From NCBI GenBank assembly GCA_964490105.1, contig CAZAZU010000001.1:227804-291803 (forward strand): 64,000 nt of DNA. Reading direction: 5' to 3'. The position numbers and the translations under genes are program-made. This document shows positions 57,901 through 64,000 of the stretch, in pieces. Source of the DNA: an uncultured Gammaproteobacteria bacterium (GTDB lineage: Bacteria > Patescibacteriota > Microgenomatia > Levybacterales > UBA12049). Position 1 is the first letter of the stretch; each line of letters starts with the position of its first letter. The notes under the pieces were generated by a model. The model saw only the letters and a list, made by a program, of their open reading frames with translations. It was not told where the DNA came from and ran no database searches.

Positions 57901-58740
57901 ATGCCAGATGGAAATAGCACACCAATAGATGCTTTAAAACCAAGCGAATCACAAACTGCAACTCCTTTATCTCCAAGCACTAGCAAAAGATCCATAAGTT
58001 ATTGGAAAAGCCAGATAAATCAAAGAATAGCATCAAATATCATGACCTCGATGAGATTTGGGACGGATGCAACAGCAAGAGTACCAAGAGATATGAGGCA
58101 TAGTGCAGTAAAAGAACTTAAACTTGAACAAAAAGTTCTTATTAACTCTGGAACTGAGCTAATGAACAAAGAACCTTACCAAAATGAGCGAAGAAGGATG
58201 CTAGGAGCAATAGACCGTGATATTTCTACTCCAACCGTCGAAGGAATCCATTTAGATATTGATAATTTTGGAATATTTAATAAACAGTTTGGTGACACTA
58301 TAGGAGACGAAGTACTATTAAATGTCGGTAGAACAATAAACTCCACGAAAAGAGAGACTGATATTGCGGGAAGGGTTGGCGGAGAAGAAATAGATATTAC
58401 GGCTCCTCAAACCGTAAGCCCTACTAGACCACAACCGGAAGAGCCTGTACTTTTAGCAGAAAAAATCAGATTGGCAATAAAACAAGCTAAATCACCATCA
58501 GGCAAACAAGTTACTGTCAGCATAGGCACAACTAAATATATAAGAGGCGAAGGAGAAACATCATACCGCACTAGACTTGAGACTGCTCAAATTGCAGCTA
58601 AAAGATTTGGCAAAGATAGAGTTGTAGAGGCAACTGTTGATGATCAAGGAGATGTATATAGAGATGTTTCTACAAATATTAGATATAGAGCTGAATATGA
58701 TCAGGAAGGAAAAATATTAGGATTTACCCCAATTAAATAA
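57901..58740 (+). CDS. GGDEF-domain protein (diguanylate-cyclase-like) with variant GGEEI signature
   Basis: 'IHLDIDNFGIFNKQFGDTIGDEVLLNVGRTI...IAGRVGGEEIDI...VTVSIGTT...AKRFGKDRVV' matches the GGDEF fold. The last signature residue is Phe->Ile. About 100-aa N-terminal region of unknown function. Confidence 0.6.
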   Translation: MPDGNSTPIDALKPSESQTATPLSPSTSKRSISYWKSQINQRIASNIMTSMRFGTDATARVPRDMRHSAVKELKLEQKVLINSGTELMNKEPYQNERRRMLGAIDRDISTPTVEGIHLDIDNFGIFNKQFGDTIGDEVLLNVGRTINSTKRETDIAGRVGGEEIDITAPQTVSPTRPQPEEPVLLAEKIRLAIKQAKSPSGKQVTVSIGTTKYIRGEGETSYRTRLETAQIAAKRFGKDRVVEATVDDQGDVYRDVSTNIRYRAEYDQEGKILGFTPIK

Positions 58741-58741
58741 C

Positions 58742-61700
58742 ATGGCGGACTTTGTACACCTTCACAATCATAGTGAATATTCACTTTTAGACGGGCTCTC
58801 GAAAATTACTGAAATGGTTTCGCAAGCTAAAGCACTGGGCATGAAAGCATTAGCGATTACTGATCATGGAAATCTTTATGGTGCAATTAAATTTTATAGG
58901 GCCTGTAAAGAAGCTGGTATAAAACCAATCATAGGATGCGAGATCTACATTTCAAGACGCACTCGCCATGATAAAGAAGCCGGTCTGGATTCAGATTCCA
59001 ATCATTTAATCCTGCTCGCAAAAAACGATACAGGCTATAAAAACTTAATGAGAATTATCTCTATCGCAAACCTTGAAGGATATTATTACAAGCCAAGAAG
59101 TGACATGGAACTTTTAAAGCAGTACAGCGAAGGTTTAATTTGTCTTAGCGCATGTGTAAACGGATATGTTTCCGAACCGCTTCTAGAAAACCAGGAGGAA
59201 ACAGCTGAAAAAAGAGCAAAAACACTGTCTGAAATCTTTGGTAAAGATAACTTTTACTTAGAAATTCAAAAACATTTAAACGTCAAAAAGCAGGATGAAC
59301 TAAACGAAAAACTTATAAAACTCTCAAGAAAGTTAGGAATTCCGCTTGTTGCCACCAACGATAACCATTATGTAAAAAATGGAGACGCGGAAGCTCAAGA
59401 AGTACTTCTATGTATACAGACCCAAACCACCCTTACAACTCCTAACAGAAAGCTTTCAATGATAGACTCCCCTGATTTTTATATGAAAAGCTCAGAAGAA
59501 ATGACAGGGCTATTTATTCAGACACCTGAAGCTGTAGAAAATACTGTAAAGATCGCTGATATGTGCGACCTGGAAATTCAGCTTGGGAAATGGATCATGC
59601 CTGTATTCGACGTTCCAGATAAAACTTCTTCAGGCGATTATTTAAAAAAACTTGTTAAAGAGGGACTCAAAAAAAGGTACGGTGAAATTACAGAAGAAAC
59701 AGAAAAGCGAGCCGACTATGAACTCTCAATTATTATCGGAAAGAAATATGAAACATATTTCTTAATCGTAGCTGACTTTGTGAGATGGGCTAAGTCCCAA
59801 GGAATAAGTGTGGGACCAGGAAGAGGCTCAGCTGCTGGTTCAGTTGTCTCTTATGCTTTAGGAATTACCGATATTGACCCGTTCTTTTTTAATCTGCCGT
59901 TTGAAAGATTCTTAAATCCAGACCGTCCATCAGCTCCAGATATCGATTTAGATTTTGCAGATACTAGACGGGATGAGGTTATTGAATATGTCACTAAAAA
60001 ATATGGAAAGGATAAAGTGGCGCAAATTATAACCTTTGGAACCATGGAAGCCAGAGGATCAGTTAGAGATACGGGGCGTGCTATGGGAATGCCTTATTCA
60101 GGTCCAGATAGAATCTCGAAAATGATCCCTCCAGGATGGCAAGGACACGCTATGACACTTGATACAGCACTTGAGCAAAGCCCTGAATTAAAAATGGCCT
60201 ACTCCACTGAATCTGATACAAAAAAACTTCTTGATTTAGCAAGAAAAACAGAAGGGGTGGCCCGTCACGCTTCAGTGCACGCTGCTGGAGTTGTAATTGC
60301 CGATAAGCCTTTAACAGATTACACTCCCCTTCAAAAAGAAACGAACGGTGACAAAGTTATTACTCAGTACGATATGTATACAGTAGGAGAAGATGGAGTC
60401 GGACTTTTAAAAATGGACTTTTTGGGACTTCGAAATCTAACTATTATCGAAGAGGCTTTAAATTTTATAAAAATAAATAAAGGCGTAGAAATTGACCTTT
60501 CCACACTTCCTCTGGACGACAAAAAAACATATGATCTATTATCAGAAGCTGAAACAACTGGAATTTTTCAGCTTGAATCTGCTGGAATGCGTCGTTACAT
60601 TAAGGATTTAAAGCCTACTTCCATATTTGATCTTATGGCCATGGTAGCGCTATACCGCCCCGGTCCTATGGCAAATATTCCAGAGTTTATCGAGAGAAAA
60701 AGAGATCCTTCGAAAATAAAACTCCCCGATAAAAGACTGGAAGAAGCGCTAAAACAATCTTACGGAATGCTTGTATACCAAGACGACGTTTTACTTACAA
60801 CTATTGCTATCGCTGGCTACACATGGCTTGATGCAGATAAGTTTAGAAAAGCTATGGGAAAGAAAATTCCAGCAGAAATGAAAAAACAAAAAGAACAATT
60901 CATGACTGGAGCTATTGCGAATGGTTTGTCTCAAAAAAAAGCAGAATCAATTTTTAATCTTATTGCTCCTTTTGCAGGATACGGATTCAACAAGGCACAC
61001 GCCGCTTGTTACGCGACAATTGCATACAGAACTGGGTATCTTAAAGCAAATTACCCCGTAGAATTCATGACAGCACTTTTAACTGCTGAGTCGAGAGGCT
61101 CTACTGGTCCTGTAAAAAACGAGAAAATCGCTCAAGCAATAGCTGAATGCAAAAGATTAAATCTGACAGTTCTCCCCCCTAATATAAATAAATCTGGCCG
61201 GGATTTTACGATCGAAGAAAAAACTATGACCAGATTTGGGCTTTCAGCTATTAAAAATGTGGGAGAAGCAGCGATCGCAAATATCTTGGAAAATAGAGAA
61301 AAAGGAGAATTCAAAAGTTTTGAAGATTTTTGTATAAGAGTAAATCTTTCTACTATAAATAAAAAAACAATTGAAAGTCTTATAAAAGCCGGCGCAATGG
61401 ATATCTTCGGAAATCGGGCTCAGCTTTTATCAAATTACTCTGAAATAATTGAAAACGTAAATAGAGTTAAGAAAAACAAACTTGAGGGTCAGTCTAGTCT
61501 TTTCGGAGAAGAAGCTGAAGAAGAGGTTAGATCAACAACTCAGGTCATCGAAGACTTTTCTCCAAATGAAAAACTGGGATTTGAAAAAGAATTTTTAGGT
61601 TTTTACTTAACATCTCATCCCCAAATGGCAAATTTATTGGCTGTAAAATCTCTGACTAGCCACGATATTTCCCAGCTTGAAGAAGTAGTTGAAGGAAAGT

Positions 61701-61960
61701 TTGTGACTGTAGGTGGCATAATCGAAACAACACGCAAGATATTCACTAAAAAAACTGGAGCCGAAATGGCATTTATTACAATTAGTGACGAAAAAGGTGT
61801 AACCATAGAAGTAGTAGTATTTCCGAAAATTTACGAAAGACATAAAAGTCTAATAGCTACAGATAATTTGGTAATCGTCGAAGGAAAACTTGATACTAAA
61901 AACGATAGGCCAGTAATACTCGCGGAAAAACTATCAACCATGAAATATTCCCCATCTTGA
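58742..61960 (+). CDS. dnaE: DNA polymerase III alpha subunit (DnaE)
   Basis: 1072 aa. PHP domain 'FVHLHNHSEYSLLDG'. Palm/fingers 'GPGRGSAAGSVVSY'. OB-fold C-terminus. Confidence 0.95.
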   Translation: MADFVHLHNHSEYSLLDGLSKITEMVSQAKALGMKALAITDHGNLYGAIKFYRACKEAGIKPIIGCEIYISRRTRHDKEAGLDSDSNHLILLAKNDTGYKNLMRIISIANLEGYYYKPRSDMELLKQYSEGLICLSACVNGYVSEPLLENQEETAEKRAKTLSEIFGKDNFYLEIQKHLNVKKQDELNEKLIKLSRKLGIPLVATNDNHYVKNGDAEAQEVLLCIQTQTTLTTPNRKLSMIDSPDFYMKSSEEMTGLFIQTPEAVENTVKIADMCDLEIQLGKWIMPVFDVPDKTSSGDYLKKLVKEGLKKRYGEITEETEKRADYELSIIIGKKYETYFLIVADFVRWAKSQGISVGPGRGSAAGSVVSYALGITDIDPFFFNLPFERFLNPDRPSAPDIDLDFADTRRDEVIEYVTKKYGKDKVAQIITFGTMEARGSVRDTGRAMGMPYSGPDRISKMIPPGWQGHAMTLDTALEQSPELKMAYSTESDTKKLLDLARKTEGVARHASVHAAGVVIADKPLTDYTPLQKETNGDKVITQYDMYTVGEDGVGLLKMDFLGLRNLTIIEEALNFIKINKGVEIDLSTLPLDDKKTYDLLSEAETTGIFQLESAGMRRYIKDLKPTSIFDLMAMVALYRPGPMANIPEFIERKRDPSKIKLPDKRLEEALKQSYGMLVYQDDVLLTTIAIAGYTWLDADKFRKAMGKKIPAEMKKQKEQFMTGAIANGLSQKKAESIFNLIAPFAGYGFNKAHAACYATIAYRTGYLKANYPVEFMTALLTAESRGSTGPVKNEKIAQAIAECKRLNLTVLPPNINKSGRDFTIEEKTMTRFGLSAIKNVGEAAIANILENREKGEFKSFEDFCIRVNLSTINKKTIESLIKAGAMDIFGNRAQLLSNYSEIIENVNRVKKNKLEGQSSLFGEEAEEEVRSTTQVIEDFSPNEKLGFEKEFLGFYLTSHPQMANLLAVKSLTSHDISQLEEVVEGKFVTVGGIIETTRKIFTKKTGAEMAFITISDEKGVTIEVVVFPKIYERHKSLIATDNLVIVEGKLDTKNDRPVILAEKLSTMKYSPS

Positions 61961-61999
61961 CGCAGACTAGGCTTGGATTGTAAAATGTAAGAGATTTAA

Positions 62000-62857
62000 A
62001 TGGCAAGTTTTGCACCGGAAGTGTTTTTCCATGTGGGGAAGCTTCCGATAACTAATACAGTACTAAACACCATCTTAGTAGATGGTTTTTTAATTTTACT
62101 AGCATTCATGGTGCGAAGTAAGATTGCACTCATCCCCGGAAAATTCCAAAGCGTCATGGAAATGTTTATAGGAGGCTTCTATGGATTTGTCGAGGGAATT
62201 TCAGGAAATAAGACTAAGAAGATATTCCCTTTCTTTATGACTTTTTTTCTTTTTATATTGGTCGCGAATTGGTCTGGACTCATTCCTGGAATTGCGACTT
62301 TTGGAATAGAACACCTTGAAACAGATCATGGAAAGACATCAATGCATATAATCCCGTTCATTAGACCGCTCACTAGTGACTTAAACGCAACTTTTGCCCT
62401 AGCTTTAGTTTCGCTTTTTGCAACACATATCTTAGCAATTAGATCACTTGGGATTAGTGAATATCTTTCTAAATTCTTCGCATTTCTTCCATTCATAATT
62501 TCTTTGGTAAAGGGTAAAGCGAAATTCAATTTGAATTTTAAAGATCCAATCGGACTAGTTGTTGGAATTGTCACTCCTCTGGTTATGATATTCGTAGGAG
62601 GACTTGAACTTATCTCAGAATTAGTGAAAGCAATCTCTCTCTCCTTCCGTCTTTTTGGAAACATTTACGCAGGAGAAGTAGTCCTAGAAACGGTTCATGG
62701 AATTTTCGCTTTTGTATTCCCTCTTCCTTTTTTAATGTTAGAAGTTATCGTAGGCATCGTCCAGGCATTAGTTTTCGCTATGCTTACGATGGCGTTTATG
62801 GTAATATTATCAACGTCTCATCATGAAGAAGAGACACATAAGGAGGTGAGTCATTAG
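62000..62857 (+). CDS. atpB: F0F1 ATP synthase subunit a
   Basis: Five TM helices. Conserved Arg helix 'LSFRLFGNIYAGEVVL'. Confidence 0.8.
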   Translation: MASFAPEVFFHVGKLPITNTVLNTILVDGFLILLAFMVRSKIALIPGKFQSVMEMFIGGFYGFVEGISGNKTKKIFPFFMTFFLFILVANWSGLIPGIATFGIEHLETDHGKTSMHIIPFIRPLTSDLNATFALALVSLFATHILAIRSLGISEYLSKFFAFLPFIISLVKGKAKFNLNFKDPIGLVVGIVTPLVMIFVGGLELISELVKAISLSFRLFGNIYAGEVVLETVHGIFAFVFPLPFLMLEVIVGIVQALVFAMLTMAFMVILSTSHHEEETHKEVSH

Positions 62858-63063
62858 TGGAATTTAGTATTTCCGGAGGATTAATTGTTGCATTGGGAGG
62901 TATTTTCCCAGCATTCGCAATCGGTCTTATTGGAGCAAAAGCTATGGAAGCAATCGGTAGAAACCCTGAAGCATCAGGAAAGATTCTCCCTGCAATGCTT
63001 TTAGGTATGGCGTTTGCTGAAGCTATCGCAATTTATTCTCTTATCTTGGCTTTTACAGGATAA
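62857..63063 (+). CDS. atpE: F0F1 ATP synthase subunit c
   Basis: 68-aa hairpin proteolipid 'GLIGAKAMEAIGRNPEA...LLGMAFAEAIAIYSLILAF'. Confidence 0.8.
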   Translation: MEFSISGGLIVALGGIFPAFAIGLIGAKAMEAIGRNPEASGKILPAMLLGMAFAEAIAIYSLILAFTG

Positions 63064-63075
63064 TTTTTAATAAAT

Positions 63076-63579
63076 ATGGAACTTTTGAAGGATTTTGGGT
63101 TCGATCCCATTCTTTTAACAGCGCAGATTATTAATTTTTTAATAGTCTTAGTTGTGTTAAAGAAATTTATGTATAAACCTGTTCTTGACATGCTCAAAAA
63201 ACGGGAAAATGACATAAAGAGGGGTATAAAAGATTCAGAAGAAGCTGAAAAAAGATTGGCTGAAGCTGAAGAAAAAGAAAAACAAATCCTTCAAAAAGCC
63301 CGAAGTGAAGCAGATAAAATGCTTTTAGAGGCCAAAAATGAAGCTGATGGACTCAAAACGGAAAAAATGGAACAAACAAGGGCTGAGGTTGAAAAAATGC
63401 TTGAACAGGCCAGACTAACTATTGCCCAGGAAACAAAAGAAGCAGAAGAAAGGCTTACCAGAAAAGTCGGAGGAATTGCAATTGCACTTTTGGAAAAATC
63501 ACTAGTTGGTATTTTTGGAGAAAAAGAACAAAAAGTAATTTTGAAAAAAGCTACAGATCAATTGCAAAAAAATAATTAA
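63076..63579 (+). CDS. atpF: F0F1 ATP synthase subunit b
   Basis: N-terminal TM helix followed by a long charged coiled coil. Confidence 0.65.
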   Translation: MELLKDFGFDPILLTAQIINFLIVLVVLKKFMYKPVLDMLKKRENDIKRGIKDSEEAEKRLAEAEEKEKQILQKARSEADKMLLEAKNEADGLKTEKMEQTRAEVEKMLEQARLTIAQETKEAEERLTRKVGGIAIALLEKSLVGIFGEKEQKVILKKATDQLQKNN

Positions 63580-63932
63580 TGAAAAAAAATATTATAAAAA
63601 AATTAGCTGTAAAAAGTTTCAATAAAAATAAGTTAGATGAAAAAGTTGTTATGAAAGTTGCAAAAGTATTGAAAAGAGAAGACTTGAAGGTGTATATTAA
63701 GGACTTAAAAAATATGGAAGCTAAAAAAACTGTAACAGTTACTATCCCCTCTTCAAAAGGCGTAGGTGACATGAAAAAATATTTTGATAGAATATATCCA
63801 GGTAAAAGAATTGTTTTTAAAGTCGACGAATCTCTTCTAACGGGTATTAAGGTTGTAGATTACGATAACGTCTATGAACTTTCTTTAAAGGGCTTACTCG
63901 AACACTCACTCAAAGGAGCAACAAATGATTGA
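63579..63932 (+). CDS. atpH: F0F1 ATP synthase delta (OSCP) subunit, truncated (C-terminal domain only)
   Basis: 117 aa. 'VTVTIPSSKGVGDMKKYFDRIYPGKRIVFKVDESLLTGIKVVDYDNVYELSLKGLLE' matches the delta C-terminal domain. The N-terminal helical domain is absent. Confidence 0.5.
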   Translation: MKKNIIKKLAVKSFNKNKLDEKVVMKVAKVLKREDLKVYIKDLKNMEAKKTVTVTIPSSKGVGDMKKYFDRIYPGKRIVFKVDESLLTGIKVVDYDNVYELSLKGLLEHSLKGATND

Positions 63933-63933
63933 C

Positions 63934-64000
63934 GAAAATAACATAATCAATGAACTAGAAAAAAACTTAATGAGCTGGGGCAAAGATCCTAAGACTCAAA
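63934..64000 (+). CDS. start of next CDS (possibly ATP synthase alpha subunit; runs off window)
   Basis: ATG at 63934 (MIDENNIINELEKNLMSWGKDPKTQ...), 2 nt after atpH, in the expected atpA position. Too short to confirm. Confidence 0.3.

Noticed and set aside
1-64000. CRISPR arrays, transposases, integrases, restriction-modification or toxin-antitoxin pairs
   Set aside because: No direct-repeat/spacer periodicity, DDE/serine/tyrosine recombinase motifs, MTase motifs (DPPY/PCQ) or obvious TA gene pairs were seen on either strand.

Overview
This is an AT-rich bacterial chromosomal segment. The gene content resembles a small-genome, Gram-positive-like lineage, for example Patescibacteria/CPR, but that lineage assignment is inference. 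A housekeeping backbone is clearly recognisable: secG; a uvrA-(transglutaminase-like)-uvrC operon; divergent lexA/uvrB; ppsA-eno; rsmI; dedA; rplS; pyrG; polX; lemA-htpX; murT-gatD; gatC-(histidine phosphatase)-gatA-gatB; a GGDEF protein; dnaE; and atpB-E-F-H. Four tRNAs are present: Lys-UUU, Glu-UUC, Gly-CCC and Asp-GUC. The most unusual part is an accessory cell-surface locus at about 8.5-17.2 kb. It holds a sortase, an LPVTG-anchored substrate and three further paralogous secreted proteins built from an Asn/Gly/Thr/Asp-rich ~35-40 aa repeat with recurrent vicinal cysteines. Next to it sit an RTX-like Ca-binding-repeat protein (with a paralog at 18.97 kb), a conserved RBS, a perfect 16-bp palindrome and a 21-nt remnant of a paralog 5' end. 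Two GC-richer blocks lie next to tRNAs (about 21.98-25.2 kb and 46.3-48.1 kb) and look like small acquired islands of hypothetical proteins. Other oddities are a free-standing triple topoisomerase-type zinc-ribbon protein, two palindromes in the lexA/uvrB control region (candidate non-canonical SOS boxes), a GGDEF domain with a GGEEI signature, and a truncated ATP synthase delta subunit. No CRISPR array, transposase or integrase was recognised.
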